Shown: positions 18,627 through 28,471, counted from the stretch's first letter. The stretch: DNA of 64,000 nucleotides from Candidatus Enterousia sp. (GCA_045648665.1 JAZROL010000006.1:179-64178), one strand, 5' to 3'. Notes: generated by a model not told the origin, from the sequence alone. A program made the numbers and translations.

Positions 18627-19541
18627 TTATTTTCTTGATGCGGCATTTGTAAAAAATCCAGGCACAGAAAAATCTTCATCGTTTGCGGCAACGCCAGCCC
18701 AACCGAATAAATCGCCCAATCCTTGATCTTTATGTTTAGATTGTTTAAACGGCAATATGTTGCGTAATTTGCCGATTTTTCCATGTTTAGAATTTTTTGT
18801 TTCCAATGCGATTTTATCTTCGTTCTGTGCGAATTCAGTTGCCAGTTGTGCCAAAGTTGCATCAACACTTTCTTCGTCGTCTTGTGTTGGTTCTATTTCA
18901 TCTGTAATTGGTGTTTCTGTGTTATCTTCGATAATATCTTCCTGCAAAGGTTTCATTGCGGATAATAATTGTTCCAAATCTGGTTCTGTATCTAAATCTT
19001 CAGTGGCTTCTGCAGAGACAGTATTTATTTCTTCTTCTTGGATTATGTCTTCGATAATTTCTATATTTTCAGGTTCGTCGATTTGTTCATTTTTGGAATC
19101 GTTTGCAGATAAAATTGATAATATAGGAACTACTTTTTCATCATCGACTTGTTCAATAATTTCTTCTTGTGCAGGTTCGTCGGTCGCTGTTTCTTCTTCG
19201 TTTTCTTCGACAATTTTGCGTGGGCGCCCGCGTTTCTTAGTTTGGTTTTCAACATTTTCAATATTTGTTTCAGCGATTATCGATTCGCTTGGTGTATCTT
19301 CTGTTATTATCTCTTCTTCTTCAATTAAATCTGTATCTGGTTCAATTGTATCAGTTTGAACTGGTTCAATATTTTGTTTTTCCGCTTCAACAATACCGGC
19401 ATCATCCGCATCCACAGGCACACCAAACAACACAGTATCGTTGTCCAGGTTTAATGCGCCACGCACCGCGTCGAAAGCAGCGCGAATATCAGCCATATCA
19501 AAAACTTCATTTCCAGATATATAGATTATTTTGGTTTTCAT
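18627..19541 (-). CDS. Highly acidic hypothetical protein with an AT-hook-like KKRGRPRK
   Basis: Start moved to MKTKIIYISG. Long E/D/I/T-rich low-complexity middle, RGRP core, conserved-looking C-terminal GDLFGWAGV...VPGFF. Confidence 0.5.
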   Translation of the reverse strand: MKTKIIYISGNEVFDMADIRAAFDAVRGALNLDNDTVLFGVPVDADDAGIVEAEKQNIEPVQTDTIEPDTDLIEEEEIITEDTPSESIIAETNIENVENQTKKRGRPRKIVEENEEETATDEPAQEEIIEQVDDEKVVPILSILSANDSKNEQIDEPENIEIIEDIIQEEEINTVSAEATEDLDTEPDLEQLLSAMKPLQEDIIEDNTETPITDEIEPTQDDEESVDATLAQLATEFAQNEDKIALETKNSKHGKIGKLRNILPFKQSKHKDQGLGDLFGWAGVAANDEDFSVPGFFTNAASRK

Positions 19542-19623
19542 AATAACAATACCCCTATGATGATAACGCATTATATCACATTTTAGGGTTGAACGCATAT
19601 AAAAAATGTCTTAATATAAAAAT

Positions 19624-19836
19624 ATGGCAGATATCAAACAACAAATTTTTCAAGAACTGGATTCTTTGGAATCTTGTGTCGTGCATTTGCGTGCAGATGC
19701 TTCGTGGGCCAGTAAGCAGACTGATTTAGAGGTCGCAATTTTGTCAAAACAGGTCAAAAGCCTGCGCGAAAAGAACGAACGTGCCAAAGATTTAATTGAA
19801 AAATCTGTTTCTATATTGGAGAAATTAAAGAAATGA
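19624..19836 (+). CDS. Small coiled-coil protein (DUF4164/ZauP-like by position)
   Basis: 70-aa coiled coil, overlapping the start of zapA by 4 nt. A ZapA-associated coiled-coil gene precedes zapA in alphaproteobacteria. Confidence 0.4.
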   Translation: MADIKQQIFQELDSLESCVVHLRADASWASKQTDLEVAILSKQVKSLREKNERAKDLIEKSVSILEKLKK

Positions 19837-20111
19837 GTGTTGTTTCTATCCCTATTGTTAATCGCAATTATCCAATGGGTTGTGAAGATGGCCAGGAAGG
19901 ACGCCTTATCGAATTAGGACGTATGGTCGATGCGCGTGCGCGCCAAATATTGGATAAAATAGGGCCATTACAAGAAAATGCTCTGTTGGCGACTTTGTGC
20001 ATAGTCTTAATAGACGAAATTCAAAATAAAAATCAAACACCAACTGTTTCAGACGAAGATTTACATGAAATATTGGCCCGTATCCGCGAAATCAAACATA
20101 AAATAGGCTAG
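19833..20111 (+). CDS. zapA: Cell division protein ZapA
   Basis: 92 aa. The VSIPIVNRNYPMGCEDGQEGRL...ALLATLCIVLIDE pattern is typical of ZapA. Confidence 0.7.
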   Translation: MSVVSIPIVNRNYPMGCEDGQEGRLIELGRMVDARARQILDKIGPLQENALLATLCIVLIDEIQNKNQTPTVSDEDLHEILARIREIKHKIG

Positions 20112-20151
20112 GGCAGTTTTTATTGTTTATTACCCAGCCCCTTGTGGGGAA

Positions 20152-20640
20152 CTATTGTTGCACCGGGGTTGTGCGTAACCGCCATCCACTAAAAATGTAT
20201 CCTGAACGGGTTGGGGCTGGCGGTAATGTTATTTTTTCTCCATAAGTGCAAGTCGTTTGTGCAACTATTGTATCCCGGTCATACCAATTAAGGTTTATCA
20301 CATTTGGTGTTCTTGTTGCGTGCATTATATGTCCCAGATTTGCAGAACACGTATTATGAGTATTTGATGATATGTACGGATTGTTGGATGTTTTTACTAT
20401 CCCCTGTGCCAATGTCGGATTGTAATAATACGTTCCACCACTACAAGTATATCCGTCCGGACAATTTGCACATTGTACAGAATTCGCCGGCAGAAATTGC
20501 CCTGCATTACATTCCGCAGATTTAGGCACCGCATAAATATATTTATATCCCAGTCCGCACTTATTTGAAAAATCACTGATTACTTCACCGAATGATGAAG
20601 ATACAAAAACAACAAAAAATAAAACAAATATCTTTTTCAT
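20152..20640 (-). CDS. Cassette 1 gene B: secreted Cys-rich protein with C-terminal Listeria-Bacteroides (Flg_new) repeat
   Basis: Signal peptide MKKIFVLFFVVFVSSSFG. Cys module CNAGQFLPANSVQCANCPDGYTCSGGTYYY. C-terminus INLNWY...TLPPAPTRSGYIFSGWRLRT. Paralogs at 31389 and 57851. Confidence 0.75.
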   Translation of the reverse strand: MKKIFVLFFVVFVSSSFGEVISDFSNKCGLGYKYIYAVPKSAECNAGQFLPANSVQCANCPDGYTCSGGTYYYNPTLAQGIVKTSNNPYISSNTHNTCSANLGHIMHATRTPNVINLNWYDRDTIVAQTTCTYGEKITLPPAPTRSGYIFSGWRLRTTPVQQ

Positions 20641-20653
20641 AATCGCGTTTTAA

Positions 20654-21202
20654 TTAATTTGCATTGTATAATCGGACACGTAATTGGTTATTAGCACCAT
20701 TTGCCAAATATTGTCCACAATCGCTAGTACAATTGGCATCTTTACAACTGGACAAATTGCGATCATATACAAGCGTTCCTTGCAATGGTTCATATATTTT
20801 TGTTTCACCGGTTGGGATAAAACTTGTAAGGCGACACCAACAATAATTTCCACCAGATGTGGTATCAATACCATTTGCCACAGCGGTTGGATCGTTCCCA
20901 TTGGTTGGACTGCATATACCTTTAGCGCACACACGTCCATAACTAAAATTAACACAGCCATCGTCTCCAACACGAGTACCATTTATCGAAGCATCCAAAG
21001 TAGACATATCGTATATTGCGGGTTCCCAACCAGCGAAAGTATATCCAAAATTATCAATATTCGGCGGGGTTATGTCACCACCCGATTCGCAGGTTGTTGT
21101 GTCGTATAATTCACCATTAACATACCATTTTATTGTTTCAGTTTGTGCATACGTAGCAATATTTATAAATATTGCAAACAAAAATAATACGAATCGTTTC
21201 AT
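20654..21202 (-). CDS. Cassette 1 gene A: secreted protein with N-terminal Flg_new repeat and Cys-containing C-terminal domain
   Basis: Start set at MKRFVLFLFAIF (signal peptide, GGAGAG RBS). ETIKWYVNG...GYTFAGWEP. The upstream part of the track ORF is the conserved leader. Confidence 0.75.
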   Translation of the reverse strand: MKRFVLFLFAIFINIATYAQTETIKWYVNGELYDTTTCESGGDITPPNIDNFGYTFAGWEPAIYDMSTLDASINGTRVGDDGCVNFSYGRVCAKGICSPTNGNDPTAVANGIDTTSGGNYCWCRLTSFIPTGETKIYEPLQGTLVYDRNLSSCKDANCTSDCGQYLANGANNQLRVRLYNAN

Positions 21203-21465
21203 TTTACTCTCCATAACCATGTTCAACAATCCGTCCCGGCTGTGCTTTGCACACCCGCGGCCGCGACAAAGAAACACCGCATTGAAAAAACACAAGGCGG
21301 TTGGAGGTTCGAAACAAATTAAGTGGAATTTGTGTGCATATTCAATATATTTTGCAACCCTCCAACTAAATTAAGTTGGAGTTTCCATCCGTACTTAACG
21401 AATGCCACTTACAAGAGGTTTCGACACCTCGTCAAAAGAATTCCTTTTGACATAATTATGTTATC
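21203..21465 (-). promoter_or_regulatory. Conserved structured 5' leader L1 of cassette 1 (candidate cis-regulatory RNA)
   Basis: Homologous to 30363-30626. Hairpins show compensatory changes. Long-range pair GTTGGAGG/CCTCCAAC is followed by a short hairpin plus U-rich tract. Confidence 0.55.
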
Positions 21466-21487
21466 AAAATAATTTTATTTAATGCAA

Positions 21488-21526
21488 TAAAAAAATCCCA
21501 TCGTTTTTGATGGGATTGAGTTTTTT
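21488..21526. terminator. Bidirectional intrinsic terminator (gap 3' end)
   Basis: aaaaaATCCCATC-gttttt-GATGGGATtgagtttttt. Confidence 0.65.
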
Positions 21527-22523
21527 ATATTAACTTTCCAATCGCAACGGCGGTGTCGCACATGCGGTTTGAAAATCCCCATTCGTTGTCGTACCACGCG
21601 CATACGTGTAAAACGTTTTTATCTATGACTTTTGTTTGTGATGCATCAAATATCGCGCTGTGTGTGTCGTGTGTGAAATCTATGGATACCAATGGTTCAT
21701 TGATATACCCCAGAATTGCAGATTGTGCCGCCAACATTGCACGATTTACAGATTCCGCCGAAACCGATTTTTTCATGTTCAAAGTCACATCTATCATTGA
21801 CACGTCAGGTGTTGGAACACGTATCGCAACACCGTCCATTTTGCCCGCCAATTTAGGTAATACTAAACCGATTGCCTTTGCCGCGCCAGTGCTGGTCGGG
21901 ATAATAGATAAATTAGCAGCACGTGCACGTCGGAAATCTTTGTGGGTTTTATCCAGTAATTGTTGATCGCCTGTATAAGCATGGACAGTTGTCATCCATC
22001 CGTTTATGATACCAAACTTTTTATCCAATACATTTAACACAGGTGCCAAACAATTTGTTGTACAAGATGCATTTGAAATAATTATATCGCGTTTGGTCAA
22101 AGTTTTTTCGTTAACGCCAAACACTATTGTTTTATCTGCGCCCGCGGATGGTGCAGATACCAATACACGTTTTGCACCACAATCAATATGAACGCGTGCT
22201 TTGTCCGCCGCAGTAAATAATCCGGTGCATTCCATAACTATATCTATATTCAATTTTTTCCATGGCAATTTAGATGGATCGCGTTCGGACAAACATTTAA
22301 TTTTTTGTTTTCCAACCAATATGTATTCGCCGTCTATTTTTACATCTGTTTTTAATTTTCCATGTACTGAATCATATTGCAACAGGTAGGCATTTTGTTC
22401 AATTGGTGCCAAATCATTAATTGCCACAAATTCGATATCTTTACGTCCAGATTCAATAGCGGCGCGCAAAACCATACGACCAATGCGGCCAAATCCGTTA
22501 ATTGCAACTCTTGTTTTTTTCAT
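21525..22523 (-). CDS. gap: Glyceraldehyde-3-phosphate dehydrogenase
   Basis: INGFGRIGR NAD-binding motif; catalytic SNASCTTNCLAP; WYDNEWGFS. Confidence 0.95.
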   Translation of the reverse strand: MKKTRVAINGFGRIGRMVLRAAIESGRKDIEFVAINDLAPIEQNAYLLQYDSVHGKLKTDVKIDGEYILVGKQKIKCLSERDPSKLPWKKLNIDIVMECTGLFTAADKARVHIDCGAKRVLVSAPSAGADKTIVFGVNEKTLTKRDIIISNASCTTNCLAPVLNVLDKKFGIINGWMTTVHAYTGDQQLLDKTHKDFRRARAANLSIIPTSTGAAKAIGLVLPKLAGKMDGVAIRVPTPDVSMIDVTLNMKKSVSAESVNRAMLAAQSAILGYINEPLVSIDFTHDTHSAIFDASQTKVIDKNVLHVCAWYDNEWGFSNRMCDTAVAIGKLI

Positions 22524-22638
22524 GAATTTTTCCTTTCTTTGTATGTATGTATTGTATCACGATATAGGCATAAATTACAATTTGATTTTTTTCTATTTGA
22601 AAACTTGCAAAAGAAAAAGACGGTTTTATAATTTGCTT

Positions 22639-23562
22639 ATGAAAACACAAGCGTTGATTATAGCGGGACCAACCGCATCTGGAAAATCTGGATTTGCACA
22701 CGAATTGGCAAAACGGATAAACGGTGCGATTATAAATTGCGACAGTGTTCAAATTTATCGTGATGTTGAAACTATTTCTGCTTCGCCTTTTGCGGGACGT
22801 AAAGAAGATTCTTTCGACGAAATAGACGGTGTGCCGTATAAATTGTTTTCTGTATTACCTTTGGCGGAACATATCAGTGTTGCGGATTATTTGAATTTAG
22901 CACGTGTTGCCATGAACGAAGTTTTGGAATCTGGCAAGTTGCCTATTTTCGTCGGGGGCAGTGGATATTATATAAATGTTTTATTAAATGGTATTGTGCA
23001 AATCCCGGAAATAGATACACAAATTAGGAATCGTGCACGTGAAATTGTCAAAAATGATATAAATTATGCACGTGGTTTGTTGCCAGAAAATTTTGATTTT
23101 TCAGATCCACAACGTGTTGCACGTGCTTTGGAAGTTTTTCTGCAAACCGGTAAACATATAACAGATTGGCAAAAGACAGAACGCATAGGTGCTTTGGTGC
23201 CAAACGCTTTTAAAATTTTATTGGCGCCACCGCGTGATATTTTGCTGCAAAGAATCGCAACTCGTATCCCCGAAATGTTAAAAGAAAACGCGATAAGCGA
23301 AGCGCAATATATATTATCAAATGAACTTAATGAAACACGCGCCATCGGTGCAGAGCAACTGTGTAAAATGTTGCGCGGTGAAATATCTATGGATGCAGCA
23401 ATAGAAAATTGGACAATAAAAACAAATCAATATGCAAAACGGCAACGTACTTGGTTTAAAACTCAATACATTGCCGATTATGAAATAAATCACATCCCCG
23501 ATGATAAAGACATAGAAGATGTGATTAATAAAATTGACAATAATTTATTTGTGTTTTGCTAG
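22639..23562 (+). CDS. miaA: tRNA dimethylallyltransferase
   Basis: P-loop GPTASGKS; DSVQIYR motif. Start moved to MKTQALIIAG, because the track ORF extension overlaps gap. Confidence 0.9.
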   Translation: MKTQALIIAGPTASGKSGFAHELAKRINGAIINCDSVQIYRDVETISASPFAGRKEDSFDEIDGVPYKLFSVLPLAEHISVADYLNLARVAMNEVLESGKLPIFVGGSGYYINVLLNGIVQIPEIDTQIRNRAREIVKNDINYARGLLPENFDFSDPQRVARALEVFLQTGKHITDWQKTERIGALVPNAFKILLAPPRDILLQRIATRIPEMLKENAISEAQYILSNELNETRAIGAEQLCKMLRGEISMDAAIENWTIKTNQYAKRQRTWFKTQYIADYEINHIPDDKDIEDVINKIDNNLFVFC

Positions 23563-24273
23563 AATTTTGTTGTATTGTTCGCGCGTGCTTTTATCTATTC
23601 CAATTTTGCGCATTTTTTTACGAACCCAAACCAATCCTTTGAATTCGTCTTCTGTTGGGCCATATCCCGCCCATTCCCAATCTATGATACCTGTAATTTT
23701 CATGGTTTTAGGGTTAACCAGAATATTAGAGCACATGTCGCCATGAATCCAACTGTATCCATCAACTGGTTTTCCGCGTAAATCAGCCAATTCAGTTGGA
23801 TTAGCAAAAGATTTTTTATAAATAAATTCTGCCAATTGTTTGCTTAGTTGTTTTTGATATTTTTTTATACGTTTTGTTGAAATATTTATCAACAATTTGC
23901 CAGGAATAAAATCAGATTTATAAAAAGTATATCCATTTGATTTTATAAATTCTATGTTTGGGATATTGATAGTGCAATATTTCCGCAAAGCATCAGTTAT
24001 ACGTTTTTCCAATTCGAATCTGGCGAATTCACCGGATTCATTATTGCGCTTGCGAACTTTGAAAGTAAATTTATTATTGAATATGAACACTATTGAACCG
24101 CCGCCCTTTGCCAGGCGCATTTTAGAAAAATCTAAATCGGGACATGCTTTTTTCAGGGCGTTTAATTTGCGGCGATAATCGAACAAAACATACCCGCGCA
24201 AATATTCACGCCATTTTTTCACGGGCACAGTTGAAAACAACAAATCTGATATTTCAAATAAAATCTTCCACAT
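23545..24273 (-). CDS. Phosphotransferase-family kinase (APH/choline-kinase fold)
   Basis: WIHGDMCSNILVN...GIIDWEWAGYG (Brenner/HxDxxxxN and DxE motifs). Confidence 0.75.
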   Translation of the reverse strand: MWKILFEISDLLFSTVPVKKWREYLRGYVLFDYRRKLNALKKACPDLDFSKMRLAKGGGSIVFIFNNKFTFKVRKRNNESGEFARFELEKRITDALRKYCTINIPNIEFIKSNGYTFYKSDFIPGKLLINISTKRIKKYQKQLSKQLAEFIYKKSFANPTELADLRGKPVDGYSWIHGDMCSNILVNPKTMKITGIIDWEWAGYGPTEDEFKGLVWVRKKMRKIGIDKSTREQYNKILAKHK

Positions 24274-24315
24274 AATTAAATGATTATTGAAAAAAACAAA
24301 AAAAACAAGTATTTT

Positions 24316-26526
24316 ATGACTATGTTCAAATCTGGCGATATTGTAAAAGTGCTTATTCCAAACGTCATAAATACTGGTTATGACTATCGTTTAAACGCTG
24401 ATGCAGGTGTTGGCGCGTTTGTACGATGTACTGTTATGAACAAGCAATATATTGGTGTCATAGTTGGCCCAGGCGACAGTAATTTACCGCAAACCAAGAT
24501 AAAATCTGTCATAGAAGTTTCTAATTTATCCCATTTATCGCAATCTGATATAGACTGGATTTATAAGATGGCAGAATGGACACTTATGTCGCCAGGGGCG
24601 GTGTTGCGCTTGATTGTAAATGTACCAGACGCTTTTAATCCGCCGAAGACGGAACCTTTGTATTCATACAATTTTGATGTTAAATGTAAAATGACGGATT
24701 CAAGGCAACGGGTCGCAGATGCTTTTCAGTCAAATGATAATGAAGCAATGTCCATAAATGATATAATCAATATTGCGCATGTTGGACCGTCTGTTGTGAA
24801 AACTATGGTGAAAAATGACGTTTTGATACCAGTTGACGAACGCGAAAGAAAAACAAATGATTTCAATTATAATTATCGGGATACTGGCGCGGTTGTTTTA
24901 AATCCAGAACAACAATCCGCTGCAGATGTAATTGGAACAGCCATTGATAAAAACGAATTCAGTGTTCATTTATTGGATGGCATAACTGGTTCCGGTAAAA
25001 CTCAGGTTTATTTTGATTCGGTATTGCGTGCGTATAACAAAGGGAAATCAGTATTACTGATGATGCCTGAAATTGCTTTGACTGCGCAGTTTATAACGCG
25101 TTTTCAAAAAAGATTTGGTGCGCCACCTGTTGTGTGGCACAGCAATTTAACATCTGCGCGCCGGCGCAGTATTTGGCGTGGTGTAGCTTGTGGTGATATA
25201 CGAATAGTTGTCGGTACACGCAGTGCGCTGTTTTTACCATGGCAAAATTTAGGATTGATAGTTGTTGACGAAGAACATGACACTTCGTATAAACAGGAAG
25301 ATATGGGAAATTATCATGCGCGTGATATGGCGATTTTAAGGGCCAAGATTGCGAATTTTCCGGTGGTGTTGGCCAGTGCAACTCCGTCTTTTGAAACTTT
25401 GCATAATGTCAGCATTGGAAAATATAAGCGGTTGCGTTTAATGTCGCGATTTGGTGGTGCGCAATTGCCGACAATAGAAACCATAGATATGCGAAAACAA
25501 AGACCTGAACCTTATAAATTAAAACCAGACGATGAAAATGAAATCAGTGGTAATTTATCGCCACAGTTATGTACGGAAATTGCGGAAACTTTGAATCAGC
25601 ATAAACAGGTGATGCTGTTTATCAATCGTCGTGGTTTTGCGCACATAGTTCAATGTAAAAAATGTGGTTGGGTTGCCCAATGTCCCGATTGTTCAACTGG
25701 ATTAAATTATCATAAACGCATAAATAAGTTGCTTTGCCATATGTGCGGAAAAACTTTTGAATTGCCGGAAAAATGCCCGCAATGTGGTGGTGATATCTCT
25801 ATGCGTGGCGCAGGACTTGAAAAAATAGAGCAAGAGATATCGGTAAAATTTCCAAATGTGCGTGTTGCGCTGGTGTCCAGTGATACGATTATGTCGCGCG
25901 AATCTTTGGAAAGATTGGTTAATAAAATGGAGAATGGCGACATAGATATAATCATTGGAACACAGATTTTGGCAAAGGGACATCATTTTCCAAACCTGAC
26001 TTTGGTCGGCGTTGTTGATGCAGATATGGGATTGTTTGGAACTGATTTTCGTGCGGGTGAACATACTTTTCAACAGTTGTTCCAGGTCTCGGGCCGTGCC
26101 GGTCGTGGTGATTTTCCGGGACGTGTGTTGTTGCAAACTTTTCAGCCCGAACATCCAGTGATAACCGCAATTTGCGCCGGGGACAGGGATAATTTTATGC
26201 AACAAGATATGGAATCTCGGCGTAGTGCGAAAATGCCACCTTTTGGTCAGTTAATCGCGGTAATAATAGAATCAGACAAAGAAAATACACTTAAAAAATA
26301 TTGTGCACAATTGGCGGATGTCGCGCCTAAATTAAACGGCGGAAAAATAATGGGACCCATAGCGGCACAAATTTATCAAATCCGTAATTGGTATCGTATG
26401 CGGTTTTTAGTATCGGGTGATGCGCGTGCAAATTTGCAACCAATAGTTCGCGCGTGGTTAAACAAAATAAAACAGCCGGTGAACGTTCGTGTAAAAATAG
26501 ACGTAAACCCACAAAATTTTATGTAA
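24316..26526 (+). CDS. priA: Primosomal protein N' (replication restart helicase PriA)
   Basis: Walker A GITGSGKT, VVDEEHD, two Cys4 zinc knuckles (CKKCGW..CPDC, CHMCG..CPQCG), SGRAGR. Confidence 0.92.
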   Translation: MTMFKSGDIVKVLIPNVINTGYDYRLNADAGVGAFVRCTVMNKQYIGVIVGPGDSNLPQTKIKSVIEVSNLSHLSQSDIDWIYKMAEWTLMSPGAVLRLIVNVPDAFNPPKTEPLYSYNFDVKCKMTDSRQRVADAFQSNDNEAMSINDIINIAHVGPSVVKTMVKNDVLIPVDERERKTNDFNYNYRDTGAVVLNPEQQSAADVIGTAIDKNEFSVHLLDGITGSGKTQVYFDSVLRAYNKGKSVLLMMPEIALTAQFITRFQKRFGAPPVVWHSNLTSARRRSIWRGVACGDIRIVVGTRSALFLPWQNLGLIVVDEEHDTSYKQEDMGNYHARDMAILRAKIANFPVVLASATPSFETLHNVSIGKYKRLRLMSRFGGAQLPTIETIDMRKQRPEPYKLKPDDENEISGNLSPQLCTEIAETLNQHKQVMLFINRRGFAHIVQCKKCGWVAQCPDCSTGLNYHKRINKLLCHMCGKTFELPEKCPQCGGDISMRGAGLEKIEQEISVKFPNVRVALVSSDTIMSRESLERLVNKMENGDIDIIIGTQILAKGHHFPNLTLVGVVDADMGLFGTDFRAGEHTFQQLFQVSGRAGRGDFPGRVLLQTFQPEHPVITAICAGDRDNFMQQDMESRRSAKMPPFGQLIAVIIESDKENTLKKYCAQLADVAPKLNGGKIMGPIAAQIYQIRNWYRMRFLVSGDARANLQPIVRAWLNKIKQPVNVRVKIDVNPQNFM

Positions 26527-26533
26527 TTTTATA

Positions 26534-27493
26534 CTAAACAACTTCTGTGACTGCGCGAAGGGCGCCATCACGGGATAACTGAACCACGCGGATTTTACGT
26601 TTCATTTCCGCTATTAAATCAGTTCTGTCATACGCGGGTTGTGTGTGTAAAATTCTGTCCGCAAAGGCGGCATAGGCGGCCTCGGCACTTTCGGCATGAA
26701 TTGTAGTGTAAAAGTGGTCGTGTCCTGTGCCCAACATTTCCCATAATACAGATGCGTTGTCTGTTGATATTTCACCGCCGATTATCACGTCTGGTGTCAT
26801 ACGGACAACTAAATCCAGTAAACGCGCATAATTAAAATCGTTAGATTGTTCGGTTCTGGATAATACAAAATGGACTCTGTTTTTTTGTGGAACGCGAATT
26901 TCGCGCGCATCTTCGACAGTGATAACACGACTGTTTTGGTCAATTAATGTTAACATATGATTCAAAAATGTAGTTTTTCCGGTTGCCGTTGCACCTGATA
27001 TTAAAATAGGACTGCCATCGTTAATGGCCGACATTAAACGGTCGTACGGATCGTCTGGACGTGTTGATTCACGTGGTTTTACTTTTAATAATTTTTTCCC
27101 GCGTTCCAAATGATAATTTTCAAAACTAGTTTCCGCAACACCAGCGCCACGTATGTTTAACGCAACACCACCTGTTAAATCGCGTTCGTCATATTGGACG
27201 TTAGGTCCCGCTATGGCTGAAAATCTATGGTTGCCCGGCAAAGTTGCATACACAACCGGTATGCCATGAATTGGATCAAAAGGTTTTTCATATATATTCG
27301 CGACGGTGTGTATCAAATCAACCAGATATTGTTTAGATAAAATATCCGCGTTATATGCAACCCAAGGAACCTTTGCCCCATGCAGGCGCATCCATACTTC
27401 GCCGGCATGATTTATCGCTATTTCTTCGACAAACGAAGGACGATAAAATTCTTCCAATGGTTTTAATAAAGATTCAAGTACTACATTCGTCAT
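26534..27493 (-). CDS. VirB11/TrbB/CpaF-family secretion ATPase (orphan)
   Basis: Walker A SGATATGKTT, Walker B-like PDVIIGGEI, His-box region GHDHFYTTIHA. 319 aa. No neighbouring T4SS/pilus genes. Confidence 0.7.
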   Translation of the reverse strand: MTNVVLESLLKPLEEFYRPSFVEEIAINHAGEVWMRLHGAKVPWVAYNADILSKQYLVDLIHTVANIYEKPFDPIHGIPVVYATLPGNHRFSAIAGPNVQYDERDLTGGVALNIRGAGVAETSFENYHLERGKKLLKVKPRESTRPDDPYDRLMSAINDGSPILISGATATGKTTFLNHMLTLIDQNSRVITVEDAREIRVPQKNRVHFVLSRTEQSNDFNYARLLDLVVRMTPDVIIGGEISTDNASVLWEMLGTGHDHFYTTIHAESAEAAYAAFADRILHTQPAYDRTDLIAEMKRKIRVVQLSRDGALRAVTEVV

Positions 27494-27572
27494 TTATTTT
27501 CATTTTATCATAAATCGTGTCTTGAATCAAAATAGTTTATTTGCTAAAATGTAAAAAAAGAAAGGAAAAGAT

Positions 27573-28130
27573 ATGGCCATAAAAAAATCTTTATTGTATG
27601 TGTTTGTTGCTTCGCTGGCATTGGTTGCATGTTCCGGAAATCGTGAATATTATGCAAACGGTGGCAATCCGGGGGAGGTTTATGACGAAAACACTCAACA
27701 ATATATCACTGAAAAAAATGAATTTGCCGAAATCGATTCGTATGAACCTATGTCTATGAAAGAACGCGAAGAAATCGCAAACCATTGGAATACTGCACGC
27801 AAAGAAACCCGTTGGCAGGAATATAAAGGTACAATGGTTCGTGTCGAAATCTTGTTGGGTGATACAGATGTCCGCGAAATGCGCTTACGTTTGATTCAAA
27901 ATGCTTCTGGGGCCGATATAGATGCGGATGCACGCACAGTATTGGGCAAAGTTGCTGATTATGAAATGAAACATGTTTGCGGGCGTAATGCCGAAAGCAT
28001 AGTCGTTGTATATGACCGTCCATCCAGTGAAGTTATGCGTCCTACAACATTTTTCGATTACAGAATTGAATCCGAAGGTGTCACTATGCGTGAATACGGG
28101 TTTAGATGCGTTTATAACAAAATTAACTAA
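27573..28130 (+). CDS. Hypothetical lipoprotein (185 aa)
   Basis: Signal peptide with lipobox LVACSG. Confidence 0.55.
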   Translation: MAIKKSLLYVFVASLALVACSGNREYYANGGNPGEVYDENTQQYITEKNEFAEIDSYEPMSMKEREEIANHWNTARKETRWQEYKGTMVRVEILLGDTDVREMRLRLIQNASGADIDADARTVLGKVADYEMKHVCGRNAESIVVVYDRPSSEVMRPTTFFDYRIESEGVTMREYGFRCVYNKIN

Positions 28131-28150
28131 CAACAAAAAAAGGAAAACAA

Positions 28151-28471
28151 ATGAAAAAATTAATGGGAATAGCGGCGGTTTGTTCTGCGGCTTTGTTGGG
28201 TGCTTGTGATAAAAGTGCTAAAAATGGCGATACGGTTATAATTGATTTTGCGGGTTTCTTAGGCGAAGAACAATTCGCAGGTGGAACCGCTGAAAATTAT
28301 CCTTTGAAATTGGGCAGTGGTCAATTTGTTCCTGGATTCGAAGAACAATTGATTGGGGCAAAAATTGGTGAAAGTCGTGATGTTAAAATAACTTTCCCTG
28401 AAAATTATTTCCCTACATTGGCAGGCAAAGATGTAGTATTCAAAGTGACTATTAAAGATATTAAGAAATAA
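28151..28471 (+). CDS. FKBP-type peptidyl-prolyl isomerase lipoprotein (trigger-factor-like PPIase domain)
   Basis: Lipobox [42 protein letters not shown]...FPENY...[16 protein letters not shown]. Confidence 0.8.
   Translation: MKKLMGIAAVCSAALLGACDKSAKNGDTVIIDFAGFLGEEQFAGGTAENYPLKLGSGQFVPGFEEQLIGAKIGESRDVKITFPENYFPTLAGKDVVFKVTIKDIKK

Noticed and set aside
18757-19359. 200-aa Ser-rich plus-strand ORF
   Set aside because: It is the mirror frame of the GAA/GAT-rich acidic protein gene on the minus strand, and has no start context.
20112-20151. Possible 6S RNA (ssrS) downstream of zapA, as in the zapA-ssrS linkage known from gammaproteobacteria
   Set aside because: Only ~40 nt separate zapA from the next gene's 3' end. 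They contain just a short shared hairpin, which is far too short for a ~180-nt 6S RNA.
20152-21202. Diversity-generating retroelement or invertase-driven phase variation as an explanation for the variable cassette proteins
   Set aside because: There is no reverse transcriptase, template repeat or site-specific invertase near any of the three cassettes. Variation looks like domain swapping between paralogs.
22483-22638. Upstream extension of the miaA ORF
   Set aside because: It overlaps the gap start region and encodes hydrophobic nonsense. MiaA homology (the P-loop) starts right after M53.
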